Origin: Hemiscyllium ocellatum
Taxonomy: Eukaryota
Assembly (NCBI RefSeq): GCF_020745735.1
Contig: NC_083413.1
Coordinates: 28,768,001-28,832,000 of the forward strand
Length of the DNA stretch: 64,000 bases
Reading direction: 5' to 3'
Positions 12,233 through 25,605 of this stretch are shown one piece after another; the first letter of the stretch is position 1; each line of letters opens with the position of its first letter. Under the pieces are notes generated by a model, which did no database searches, was not told the origin of the DNA, and was given only the letters and a program-made list of their open reading frames with translations. A program made the position numbers and the translations under genes.

Positions 12233-12426
12233 GAATTTCTCCCCACCCCAACCCTCCTCTAGCTTATCTCTCCACGCTTCAGGCTCTCTGCCTTTATTCC
12301 TGATAAAGGGCTTTTGCCCGAAACGTCGATTTCGCTGCTTCTTGGATGCTGCCTGAACTGCTGCGCTGTTCCAGCACCACTAATCCAGAATCTGGTTTCC
12401 AGCATCTGCAGTCATTGTTTTTACCT
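12233..12426 (+). mobile_element. Short PLE family A terminal-repeat insertion with 10-bp TSD
   Basis: Matches the 3' end of 9767-10675. Flanked by CATGAATGTC at 12223-12232 and 12427-12436. Confidence 0.88.
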
Positions 12427-12656
12427 CATGAATGTCAATTGCCTTCTGAAAATCCAATTACAACACACCTATTGATTCGTCTCTATCCACTCTGAGAATT
12501 CCTTGAAAAATTCCATTAAATTAGTTCAATATGATTTCTCCTTCATGAAGCCAGGCTGACTCTGCTTAATTAGATTATGATTTCCCAAATGTTCTACTAT
12601 TACTTCCTTATTGATTGATTCCAACCATAGTTGATGGGCTAATCATCCTATAGTTA

Positions 12657-14013
12657 CAGGTAGTTCTCGTATAAAATGTGTTTCGGCAGCATGATTTGCC
12701 TATAACGTTGATGAAGAATTTGGGAATGGTATTTCTGAGAATGTTTACCTCTGTTTGCAATATCGCAATTCCAGCGATGATCGTTTTGCACAGTTCATAC
12801 TGCGGATCTGCCAACATCAGCACTGAAGTCTCCGCACCATTCTGTGCATTCATCAATGTCAGCTGCCAGCAGTGCATGTGAGAGGTACAATACGATACAT
12901 TGAGCAGCTTCATCTCAAAAATTAAACTAACAAATGTTCATTGCTCTCCCTCTGAGACAACAATATTCTTGTATAATTCCTGTATAAGTTGAGAGTGTGC
13001 TGCTGGAAAAGCACAGCAGGTCAGGCAGCATCCGAGGAGTGGGAGAATCGATGTTTTGGGATTCCTGAAAACTCCAGGGTTATGCCTAAAATGTCATTTC
13101 TCCTACTCCTCGAATGCTGCCTGACCTGCTGCGCTTTTTCAGCACCATACTCTCGACTCTGATCTCCAGCATCTGCAGTCCTCACTTTCTCCTAGTTCCT
13201 GTACATACCCTGTATAATACAAGCAGGACTGCATTATTCTTATATTTGTCTTTCTAATTTGTTCTTATACCTGCATATCACACAATCTACTCCTGGATTA
13301 TCCATTGTTTTTGCAAAAAATTGAGGGGCATAGTGACAAGAATGTTAGCAAAAGCATCCAGGTGAGGATATTGAAGAGCTGCTTGAGTCCAATTGTGAAG
13401 ACCTCTCTACAGCTGATCTACAACAGCTTGTCGCTGAGAGGGATGTGCAAGCTGGAGATGAAAAAGATGAAGTTCAGGGTGCAGTACCATGAGAACTTTT
13501 CACTTTTGTCTTCTTTCCTGAGGGAAATTGAGAGGCAGTTCCAGCTCTTAGAGACAACGATTACAATGCAGATCACAGCAGGATAGCAGTTTGTTCAATA
13601 AGATATAATCTGGCAGCCTATGAACAGCTTCTTCAAGACAGAAGAAAATGGGCAAAGCAGCAAAAGCTGGATGTCTTTTTTAAACCAACCTCCAAGAAAC
13701 AGTCAGAAGATAACCACAGCCATCAACTTCTGCAACTACAACTGCACTTGAAGGTGGTGATAATGAAGACCCTCTGTCCTTGCATTAACAATATTTTGTC
13801 AATGTAATGTGTTAAATTTACTTTTGTTTTGTTAATAATTATGATTTAAACCTTCATTCAGGCTGTGTTAGACTTTTGGGTGATGTTGTGAGTGATATCT
13901 TTTGCTGGTCTGTCTCTAACCCCACTTTTCCTGTAGGCCCCATTATTCCTATTAAACAATTTTCTATTAAGCGAGGTTTCGCTGGAACACAACTACAGCG
14001 TAATAGGTACCTG
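12657..14013 (+). mobile_element. Tigger/pogo-like DNA transposon remnant, containing a PLE-derived palindrome at ~12990-13195
   Basis: Termini are TA|CAGGTA...TACCTG|TA. A transposase-like C-terminal peptide YEQLLQDRRKWAKQQKLDVFFKP lies near 13620-13685. Confidence 0.65.
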
Positions 14014-14015
14014 TA

Positions 14016-15500
14016 CTTGATTTTTGCGTCCCTCCTTTTTTGAATAGGAGTGTCACATTAGCAGTTTTCCAATCCTCTGGTACTTCTTCAGAATCCAAAA
14101 GAATTTGGAGAATTACAGCCAAAGCGTTAACTATTTCTGTAGTTACCTCTTTTAGAATCCTAGGATGCAAGCCTTTGGGGCCAGAGGATTTATCTCCCTT
14201 CAGCCCTTATGGTTTGTCTAATATTGTTACTTTAGTGATGTGACAGTACTTAATTCCTCCCCCATATTCATAGCATTAACGGAATGTTCGAAGTATCTCC
14301 CATATGAACACTGGTTTAACTCCTCTACCATTTCCTTGTTCCTCAAAACATCTCCCCAGATTCATTTTCTAAGGGCTTTATGTTCACTCTGAACTTCTGA
14401 GTTCCTTTTCTATACAATAAAGAAGATCTTATTGTCAGTTTTTAGTTACTTACTAGTTTGCCCTCATAGTTTATTTTCTCTGACTTTATCATCTTTTTAG
14501 TCCACTTTTGCTAGATTCTGAATTTATACCAGTCTTTGGGGCTATCACTGACTTTGGCTACCATATACGCTTTTTCTTTCAACTTAATACTCTCTTTTCG
14601 ACCCAGGTTCTGTTCCCGCCTCAGGCGACTGACTGTGTGGAGTTTGCACATTCTTCTCATATCTGTGTGGGTTTCCTCCGGGTGCTCCGGTTTCCTCCCA
14701 CAGTCCAAAAATGTGCAGGTTAGGTGAATTGACCATACTAAATTGCCCATAGTGTTAGGTGAAGGGGTAAATGTAGGGGAATGGGTCTAGGTGGGTTGCG
14801 GGTCGGTGTGGACTTTATGGGCTGAAGGGCCTGTTTGCACACTAAGTAATCTAATCTAAAAAACTCCCTTGGTTAGCAATGGTTGGTTTATCTCTGGTTT
14901 ATCTCTCTCAGAATCTTTCTTCCTTACTGGAATGTATCTTAAGAAATTACCTCCTTAAATGTCTGCCACTGATTGCTTACTGTCATTCCCGCTAATCTAT
15001 CTGTGCAGTTCACTTTAGGTAATTCTATCCACTTTTCATTGTAATTCCTTTTATTTAAGTTAAGTGCACTTGTTTCCAATGAATTGAATATTAAATTTTA
15101 TCATGTTAAGATCACTACTTCCAAAGGGATCTTTTACTCTAAGGTCATTTATAAAGCTTGCCTTAATAACCATTACCCGATCCAAGATAGCCTGCTCCCT
15201 AGTTGGATTGATAGCATATTGCTCTATCATATCACATTAACTGTCCTAATGCACTTTAGGAATTTACTGTCATAGCTACCCTTTCCAATTTGATTAACAC
15301 AATCAACATGAAGATTAAAGTCACCCATAATTTCTATTTTTTTTAACATGTTCCTCTTATTTTTTGAACTATAGCATATCCTATAGAGTGACTACCATTG
15401 GGAATCTATACATTACTCCAACCAATGTCTTCTATCCTTTGCTTTATTTTATTTTACCTATGCCAGTACAGAGTCTATGTCATCTAAACCTAGATCATCT
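14016..15500 (-). mobile_element. Decayed CR1 ORF2, interrupted by an HE1 SINE (~14600-14860, +)
   Basis: Peptide HPRILKEV...VPEDWKTANVTLLFKKG. It continues a CR1 remnant at ~11180-12650. Confidence 0.8.
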
Positions 15501-15789
15501 CTCACAACTGTCTTTGTGATTTTGGAGATCAGTGACCTCCAATGGTGTTCCTTTCATCATGAGGTCAGAATTAGGAATGTTTGCTGACGATGGCACAATG
15601 TCCAATACCATTTGTAGCATCCCAGACACTGATATTGTCTATGCGCACATTCAGAAAGTTCTGCCTGATATTCAAGCTTGGGCTTGTCATAACACCAGAC
15701 AGTGATTAGCTCTATTAAGAAAGAACCATCTCCCTTCGATATTCATTTATTATCATCATTGAATTCCCTCAGAATAAACATCCACTGCA

Positions 15790-17490
15790 AGGGGATGAGG
15801 ATTGGCAGCTGAATATGCAAGGATATGCATCCTATTGAAAAGATAGGCAGGTGTGCAGAGGGGGTGGGGTTTCTTTACTAGTAAGAAACAAAATTAAATC
15901 AATAGTAAGAAACAAACTATTTTTCTTGTTTAGAAAATCTATGTAGAATCTATGTGGGTAGAATGGAGGAACTGCAAAGGTAAAAAAAAAATCATAGTGG
16001 AGTTATGTACAGGCCTCCAAACAGTAGATAGAGTTCGTGTGCAAGATATACCAGGAGGTAGAAAAAATGAGGAGGAAAGGCAAAGTTACAGTGACCTTGC
16101 TAGATTTCAGTATGCAGGTGAAAATCAGGTTGGTAGTGGATTGTAAGAAAAGGAATTTGTGGAATGTCTAAGAAATGGCGTTTTGGAGCAGCTTGTGGTG
16201 GACCCCACTTAGGAACAGGCAATACTGGATTTAATGTTGTGCAATGAGGCAGACTTGATAAGGGAGTTTAAGGTGTAGGAATCCTTAGGAGGCAGTGATC
16301 ATAATATGATTGAATTTCCACTGTAATTTGAGAGGGAGAAGGTAGAATCAGAGGTAATGGTATTACAGCTGAATAAAGGCAACTACAGAGGCATGAGAGA
16401 GGAGTTGGGTAGAGTTGACTGGGAGATGAACCGAGCAGAAAAGGCAGTGGAACAGCAATTGCAGGAATTTCTGGGAGTAATTCAGAAGATACAGCAGAGA
16501 TTCATCCCAAGAAAAAAGAAAACATGGTTCAGGGACAATGAGGTAACCAGGGCTGACAAGGGAAGTCAGTGATAGCATAAAATCAAAGGAGAAAGCATAC
16601 AACATGGTGAAGGGCAGTGGGAAAGCAGAGAATTGGGAGGCTTACAAAGGCCAACAGAGGGCAACAAAAAAAGGAAGGAGAAGATTAAATAGGAGGGTAA
16701 GTAATATAAGGGAAGACTGTAGGATACATACTTTAGATACATAAAGGGCGAAGGAGAGCCAAAAGTGGACAGTGGGCTGTTGGAGAGATAATAGTGGGGA
16801 ACAAGCAAATGGCTGAGGAACTGAACAATTACTTCGTGTCAATCTTCATGGCAGAAGACATGAGTAATAAACCAAAAATTCAAGAGAGTGAGGGGGCAGA
16901 GCTGGTTATGGTGGCCATCACCAAGGATAAGATGCTAGAGAAATTGAATGACCTGAGGATGGATAAATCACTTGGACCAGATGGACTACACCTCAGAGTT
17001 CGAAGGGACATAGCTGAAGAGATAATGGAGGCATTAGTGGTGATCTTTAAGGAATTGCCAGAATCAGGGAGTCTCCCGGAGGACTGGGAAATCGCTAACG
17101 TGACACCTCTGTTTAAAAAGGCAGTAAGGCTGGGTAAGATCCTGAGATCCATTGTGAAGTATGAGATTTCTGAATACTTGGAAGTGTATGGTCAAATAGG
17201 GCAAAGTCAGCATGGTTTAATCAAAGGGAGGTCATGCTTGACAAATCTGCTATAATTCTTTGAGGAAGGTAAAATCAAAGAGAGCCAATGAATGTTATCT
17301 ACCTGGACTTCAAAAAGACATTTGACAAGGTGCTGCAGAGGAGGCTATTGAGTAAGATAAGGGCCCATGGTGTCAGAGGCAAGGTGTTAGCATGGATAGA
17401 AGCTTGGCTGTCTGGCAGAAAGCAGAGAATGGGGATTGGCAGGAAGAATAGAGGCATGGACTATTTCTAAATGGCGAGAAAATTCAGAAG
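15790..17490 (+). mobile_element. Decayed CR1 ORF2 (endonuclease and RT)
   Basis: Peptides KSLGPDGLHLRV, PEDWEIANVTPLFKK, SQHGLIKGRSCLTNLL and YLDFKKTFDKV. Confidence 0.9.
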
Positions 17491-19544
17491 TCATCGAGTC
17501 ATAGCTTTGGAAAGGACTTTAATTTCTGTATGTTCATTTCTATCAATGATCATTTTTAATAATTTTGCAGTTGAAGTTATATCACAGCCACATACCGCAC
17601 ATGCAATATCTGTTGATGCAAGGACCCTTCCTCTTCAGTGGCCACCTCCCAGTGACTGCCAAGCTTCATTTAGGGTTGCTGTGCTGTTTCTGTCCATCAG
17701 TGTGCCCTACAGACATGATCTTAACTATGTGACAAATCCAATGAAAGTGAAAGGAACAGCAAGTACCTAGCATTGTCCACAAAAGCAAGTGTGCTAAACA
17801 CCTTCTTAACTATCTTGTCTACTTGTGACGCAAATTTCAAGCACCCAAAGGGTTTTCTGTTCTACAACACTACACAGGGCCCTACCATTAGTTGTGTAAA
17901 TCCTGCCCTTGTTTTACCAAAATACAACATTTTTTATTTATCCAAATTAGCCTCCATTTGCCATTCTTCAGCCCATTGACCTAATTGATCAAGATCTCTT
18001 AGATAATTTTAGATAGGTTTCTTCACTGCTCACTATACCACCAATTTAAGTGTCATAGGCAAACACTTCTACTCTTCCTCTCCCAGAGGTGTTAGAAAAT
18101 ACAAGGAATTTGTAGGAATCAACAACACCCAGTCCAATTCCACAGTAATGCAACAACAACTTAAACTCACGTCATATCTTTAATGTAACTGAATGCTTCA
18201 AAGTGAAATAAGCAGTAAATCAATGGAGGTGGCATCAGTACAAGTAATTTAAAAACTTGGGGAGATGTTGGTTTTAAGGAGCAAATTACAGTAGGAAAGA
18301 GAGGGTTAGGAGCAAATTCCAGGGCATAATGCTTAGAGGACTTAGGTCTTGGCTGTCTTAGAGTAGTAGAGGTGAGGAATTCACAAAAAGCTAGGGTGAG
18401 AAGAATCAAATTTCTCAGATGGTTGTTAGGCCAGCGGAGATCACAGAGTAAGGCTTGGGAATGGCCACAGAAGTATTTGAAAACTATAATGAGATTTTGT
18501 TTAGACTGGAGTCTTGCTAGTTCGATAAGCATAGAGGTGACGGTGACTGGGACTTGATGCAAATTAAGGTACAGGGAGCAGCGTTTGAGATGAGAAGTTA
18601 ATGTAGAAAATGGGTAATTGCCCAGGAAATTAACAGAATCATCAAACTCCAGATAACACAACATGGAGGATTGTCAATGCTAACTGAATAGAGACAGGAA
18701 ATATTACATAGGAGCAATAGGGAATCTTTGTGAAATGGAATCTGTGGAGCCAGAGGCGCAGCTCATAGCAAAACAGGACACCAGTGTTACAAACAATCTG
18801 ATTCAGCATAACATGGTTGCCATGGAGTGATTTGAGCTGGCAGCGAGAATAAGCAGCCTAGCAAGGAATGGACAATGGATTCCAGCTTCTGAATGTTTAA
18901 TTGATGGACATTTTAGTTTTGCAGAACAGGATGTCAGTAAAGTAGGCTAAAGTGAAATGAATGACCAATCATGGGACAACTGGTGTGAAGGACAGTGAGA
19001 AGTTGAATGTTGGGGAAGTGAAGAGTAAACATAGGGATGCAAAAAACATAAAGGGTACCTTAGAATCTTTCACAGCACATCATAATATATTAATCTCCTA
19101 ACCCAATGACAGTGGTAAGTGACCAGTTCCTGGGTTGGCAAACTATGGATCAAAGATTCTTGTGGGACTGCCAACCTTGACTGAAGAAACCTTTTTTTTC
19201 TCTTCAATTTTAGAAAGTAGCTAACTACTTATGTTTCTAATTTTTGACATCAGATATAAAAAAAAATCCTTGGTGCGAACAGCATAACTTATGAAACACT
19301 TAATCAACAAAAAATGAAATTCTACCAAAACCTTGCTTGGATCAAATGTCATAACTAGTTCCAGTTGCATTGTTTAGTCAAGCAACCTGATGTTATGCAT
19401 TATCATATTATGGACTTATGCACTGCCTGCTCACTGATCATGTGAATTGCTCACAGATGTCGAAGGTAACTAAATGCTTGCTTTTTAAAAAAGTAAAAAC
19501 ACCCAGTCCATCACATTTTTGTAAAAACCTTAATATATTGTTAA

Positions 19545-20422
19545 TAGACAATAGATGCAGGAGTAGGCCATTCTGTCCTTCGAGCCTGCACCACCATTCA
19601 ATATGATCATGGCTGATCATCCTTAATCAGTATCCTGTTCCTGCCTTATCTCCATAACCCTTGATTCCACTAAACTTGAGAACTCTATCCAACTCTTTCT
19701 TAAATGAATCCAGAGACTGGGCCTCCACTGCCCTCTGGGGCAGAGCATTCCACATAGCCACCACTCTCTGGGTGAAGAAGTTTCTCCTCATCTCTATCCT
19801 AAATGGTCTACCCCGTATTTTTAAGCTGTGTCCTCTAGTCGGCACTCACCCATCAGCGGAAACATGTTTCCTGCCTCCAGAGTGTCCAATCCTTTAATAA
19901 TCTTATATGCCTCAATCAAATCCCCTCTCAGTCTTCTAAATGCAAGGGTATACAAGCCCAATCACTCCAGTCTTTCAGCATAAGGTAGTCCTGCCATTCC
20001 AGGAATTGACCTCGTGAACCTACGCTGCACTCCCTCAATAGCCAGAATGTCTTTCCACAAATGTGGAGACCAGAACTGCACACAATACTCCAGATGTGGT
20101 CTCACCAGGGCCCTGTACAGCTGCAGAAGAACCTCTTTGATTCTATACTCAATCCCTCTTGTTATGAAGGCCAGCATGCTATTAGCCTTCTTCACTTCCT
20201 GCTGTATCTGCATGCTTACCTTCATTGACTGGTGTACAAGGACACCCAGATCTCTTTGTACTGCCCCTTTACCTAAATTGATTCCATTTAGGTAGTAATC
20301 TACCTTCCTGTTCTTGCCACCAAAGTGGATAACCATACATTTATCCACATTAAGCTGCATCTGCCATGCATCTGACCACTCACTTAACCTGTCCAGGTCA
20401 CCCTGTAATCCCCTAACATCCT
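19545..20422 (-). mobile_element. CR1 3' end (RT C-terminus and 3' UTR)
   Basis: Peptides LYRALVRPHLEYCVQFWSP and TRGHSLKIRG...RRNFFTQRVV. Confidence 0.92.
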
Positions 20423-21069
20423 GTTGATAATCAAATGTCCGCTAGCCATAGTCCCTGTTTTCATGTCACCTACAAATTTTAATTTTAATATATTGAAAGG
20501 GAATAGTTTCCAAATACTATCTGCCTAGTCCTATTTATGTCATTTTAGCCCCAAAATATCCACTAATTATTACTTGGTTTGCTGCTTTGCAGTCACCACT
20601 TTTACACAATCCTGTGTAAATCTTTATGTGGTATAGTTTTTCCAGACTTGAGCAATAAACACTATAAAGTTGGCAAAATTTAACATAGATAATTTAATTC
20701 AATTTATAGAACTCTATGGAAAGGAAATATATATATAATGGTTTCCAAATTTGGGAAGATATTAAGACTTTTTGCAATGATATTGGTTAAGCTCTGCATA
20801 GACTATAATTAGTATATTAACTGTTCTATTTTCCATAATCAGCTATTGATTACTACATTAATTTACATTGTGTCAACTTGTTAGTGCTTCCGAGACATAA
20901 TCACAAGTCACTCTTACAGTTGGCATTAATTAGTAGCCACAGATTTTACAGTATGTATTAAATTTATTTGTTATAAAATATTTTACTTTTTAATGTCTTT
21001 TGCTATGCATCTGTTTTACTATCAAAGAACTGAAATATATATTTTTTGCAATTCTAGTGCATCTTCTAA

Positions 21070-21187
21070 ATGGCACTCTCAATAGTATGGTTGGCACTTG
21101 CATTATTCAGGATACTGTGGTGCCTGGCTCCACAAACTGGCTATATACATCCTGATGAATTTTTTCAGTCACCTGAGGTCATGGCAG
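21070..21187 (+). CDS. PIGZ: PIGZ (GPI alpha-1,2-mannosyltransferase 4) first coding exon
   Basis: Encodes [39 protein letters not shown] with the HPDE motif. Acceptor AG at 21056-21057, in-frame TAA directly before the ATG, donor G|GTAAG at 21187/21188 (phase 1). Confidence 0.96.
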
Positions 21188-21299
21188 GTAAGAAAATCTG
21201 ATAATTTTTAAAAATCTGTTTTCTACAAATCCAGGGGGATAAACAAAGTCAAACCTCAGTGCAATGGGAAGCACTAGGATCTGGAGTTCCATATAGTAG

Positions 21300-24200
21300 G
21301 TGTTAAGCAAAATGCATTTAACTCAGCTGAAATGAGTCCAAAATTGAACTAGTGACCCTAAACATGCCACATTTTATTTGCTTCAATTCACAGGCCTTAA
21401 AACCATTGACTGCCAAAGACATCCTACAGGATTATAAATATGTTTTTATGAGTCTTGAATGTCTTTATGGGGATTATCAGCTTGAAGTGGATAAGTATGT
21501 AAGACCAACATGGCAACTTCAGAGGAAGCTTACAGCTACCCTCACATTCACATTTAGGCTGATAGTCATGTTATGAAGTTGAAGGCGTGGACTGTACCTT
21601 TAAGAGAGAGTGAATGCTGTTCTGAACTGAGAGCAGACATGCACTTTTGATGACTAGATAGCAGTCTCAGAGTGTACTGGAAAATTGAAAATATGTAACA
21701 TTTGGCTATGAAATGAGTTGGTTGCTGTTCTGACAACAATTCGAATTTAACTAATCAGTTTAAATTATGCCCAAGGATACTAAAACCCAATCAAGTTTGA
21801 ATTTATTGTTTTTCCAACATCAAACCAATGAGATGATCTGATGTTGGAGATATAAAAAAAGGCAGGCATTTTGAAAATCAGACAGAGCAACTGTTATCAA
21901 CACAGATCCAAGAAATAAGTTTCTATCAAAATTATTCCCTGTCAAAGGTACCTTTCCATATGAAACATCTTTGCAGTAAAAAGAAAGATGACCCAGGGAG
22001 ATCTTTAGCCAGAAGAAGACAGACACCGAAGATGACTGTCTGGTTTGAAATTAAGTTGATATAATTTTAATAAATGTTTTATTGGAACAGTACATTGTTA
22101 TAGAGTTGGAGGTATATAATAAGCAGTTAAGAGAAAGGGGGCTTAGAGTTGCGAATGGGTGGTTTTTAATGTTCACTTTTAGAGTTAAAGAATTGCATTG
22201 ATGTTATTTTCTTTAAATAGTGGAATTTGGGGAGTTCTCTGTCACTCATATTTTAACAGATTATGAGGCAAGGTGAACTTTTCTGGGTGTTTTTTTAATT
22301 AACAGAAGAGTTTACCACTGTATCGTAACAGTCAAGTTGGAAGATATAGAAAATATGAGATATGAGACTATGGGGCCACATCAGCCAGTGCAATTCTTGT
22401 AATGAATATCAGGCTAAGCAAGCTAAAGAATTGTTTATGACTCATGACATCCCAGACTGACTATGGGTGAGGATGACAGCAGACTTCTTCACTCTCATAG
22501 GACCAGATTATCTTGTCAACATTGATGAAATTCACAACTCCCAAAGATTTAAATTAGCAGCACAGTGACAGTAAAGAAAAAATTGAACAACACAGAGTAT
22601 GTGCAGTTTTAGAGGATCTCTACAAAGCTTTGAAGAGGTCTCATTACCTAGTGGCAACCATTAAAGAAATTTTGCCACAGCTTGCCATGCCAGAAGTCTT
22701 TACCACCTTCAAGCAAAATGATAGTTACTAGGAAGTGAAGCTGGATGAAAGCAGTTTTCTAACTACCTCTGTACTATTCAGGAGATGGCTATGCATGTTG
22801 TTTGGCATTTCCAGTATTCCAGAAGAGTGTTACTGCAAACAGCACAAAATATTCAATGATCTTCACAGAGAGAAAGCTATTGTGGATGACCTGGCGGTCT
22901 GTGGATGTGGAGGCACAATGAAAGAGCATATCACTGAACACAATCATAATCTGTATGACAGCTAGACAGAACCTGATGCTGAACAAGAAAATTATGCAAC
23001 TAAACATGCCTGAAATCAAGTACTTAGGTCATGTACTAACAAAACAAAAATAACTTCGGCTGGATCCTGGTCCAAAAGATGTGAAAGCAATGAATTTGAA
23101 TTGTATAGAAAATTTCTTGCCTAATCTGTCAGTGTTTTTAAGCTCATTGCGAAGGACTTGTATTGGTATTGGGGTACAGAACAAGAAGCAGCAATCGCTA
23201 CAATTAAACGAGTTGCAACAATGCCAGTGCTGAGGTAATGCTATACCCTGATGAAGTAATCTTGCAGTTTGATGCTTGTGGGTCAGGATTTGCAGCTATT
23301 CTAATGCAGCAAGGACAATAAATCAGTTGCATTTGTACCAAGTTTTTTTAATGCAAACTACTTGGTGGTATACTCAGATTGAACATTTTATATCAGGCCC
23401 ATTTGGGAAAAACAAAGTCACAGTGCAGTCCAATAACATGAACTTAAAAAGCATCTTCCTCAAACTGCTTCTATCTGATCCAAAATGTCTGTAAGACGAG
23501 TTACTTCATTTTCAAAGATATCCTCTGGATATGACATGCAAGCAAGAGAAACAAATGGACATTGCTGCCAAGCAGTCAAGAGCAGCCCCTATATAAAGAA
23601 AGTTAAGGATGCAAAGACAGAATATGATATTCTCCAGATGCAATGAGAAACAACAGCTCAACAAGTTCTAAGCATCATCAAACCAGGAGAGACATTAAAT
23701 CTCAAAAACAAGCAGCTTGCTCAAATCAAGCAAACGACACAAGATGCAACTCTAAGTGCTACAGTAATTAGTGATGTAAGCTCGGCCTGAACGCATCAAG
23801 GTCTCACCTGATACTTGGGGGAGGGAGTATGGGCTTACAGAGATGATGTGATAACACAAGATAGCATCTTAAACAAAGGAAGTTATTATCCCTGAAGAGA
23901 TTAAAAAAAAGTGACACTAAAGCACAATGATAAAGCCATCAAGGAATTGAGTCTAGTGTGAAAAGTCGGGATAAATTCTCTACTGGCCAAACAATATGAG
24001 ATATGAGACTATGGGGCCACATCAGCCAGTGCAATTCTTGTAATGAATATCAGGCTAAGCAAGCTAAAGAATTGTTTATGACTCATGACATCCCAGACTG
24101 ACTATGGGTGAGGATGACAGCAGACTTCTTCACTCTCATAGGACCAGATTATCTGTCAACATTGACCACTAGGAGTTAGATCAACTGATGTGAAAGTCTA

Positions 24201-25330
24201 GAATGCATGAAAGTACACTTCATTTGTTACAGCAAGTGATGTTAAGTAATAATGGCCCCCAATTCACCAGTGAAGAATTCAGATGCATCAGAAAAGGATT
24301 TGGAAATTCAACACCATATATGATCTCCATATTATTCCCAGTTAAATGGGAAGGTCAAAGTAGCAGTTAAGCTTGTCAAAGGGACCATAAAGAAATTGAG
24401 TGTATCCAATCAATCCTTAAAGGACCTCCCAAGATGGCAGCACTGGCGAAGGAGGCAGAACATATTCCAAAGGTGACAGTCTGTGGCGACAGTTGAAGCT
24501 TTTCACTGTATTCTACTGTGTTGTTCATTGTAGGTTACAAGTAACAATAAATCATCATTCATTCAAAGAGAATTGCAGCTACTTCAGGTATGTAAAATAG
24601 TCCAGTCCAAAGAGCAATGACCAATGTCAGACTGCACCCAAACTACTGTTCCAAAAATGAAAAAACAGTGGAAGCCAGAAATAGTAACAGGTGTGAGTGA
24701 CAAAAATCACTTTTACCTTGATAAAACTCCCCAGTCATTACCAGGGATCAGCACTGGATAACTAGAGTACAAATGATTGCACTCTCAACAAAAGTCTGCC
24801 GACATGGCAACTCGGAATCTGTGTTGCGCAATTGTCATCTCAATTGTATGCATGAACATTGGACTGCAGGCACCTACATTCAATTTGAGAACCCAGTCCT
24901 TGAATCAGGAATAAGTGATCTTACCACCTGCACAGAATATGGAACAAACATCACTCCTAGATGTCCACAGTTCACCAACAACAGTTACCATGGCAATAAC
25001 ACTTACCACGGCAATGGATCTCCCAAGACTTAGAACTTGGGATTGAGCAATACCAGAGGTACAGCCAACAAAAAGACAAACATTGTACCATTAGAAGAAT
25101 GGCATGATACAAAGAATTTGGATGTAATAGATATGGTCGAAGTAGAAGTGGAACTGGCTAGAGTTAATGCACAGTTTTGAATGATGATTTTCTTTATGAT
25201 TATGTATATTGGGTAACTTGTGTTACTTGTATCTGCAAATGATATTGCATCCATTTCTGTTTGTTTTCATGAAAAGGCAGCTGTTTGGAGAAATATTTTT
25301 GTCCTGATTTGCTTATTATAGTCATGAAAA
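21300..25330 (+). mobile_element. Decayed Ty3/Gypsy LTR retrotransposon pol remnant in the PIGZ intron (boundaries approximate)
   Basis: RT peptides LFGISSIPEE...IVDDLAVCG (22735-22965). Integrase-region peptides CNSCNEYQ, SNNGPQFTSEEF and SPYYSQLNGKV (~24020-24390). Confidence 0.8.
21569..22330. mobile_element. Solo LTR (762 bp) with 4-bp TSD
   Basis: Inverted termini TGTTATGA...TCGTAACA, flanked by GTCA at 21565-21568 and 22331-22334. Confidence 0.85.
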
Positions 25331-25605
25331 TTTTTCCTCTGCTATAAAAGTCTTTGTGTACAATCTACGGCAGCCATTAGGCACATATTACTCGAAACAT
25401 TCCCACTCGGTCCTCCATTTTACCAAAGGTAGCTGAGGCATCAGGCAGCCTTCCTGCCCTTAGACTCATTGAGATGCTTAAATGGTCAATAGCCACTGAA
25501 GAACATAATTCCAACTTTACCATGATAGTACAACTGGTTGGGAAAGGTGGAAGAAAGACAATCAGTGTGAATATTTTATTCAATAGGGTAAAGAAGTCAT
25601 CAAAT

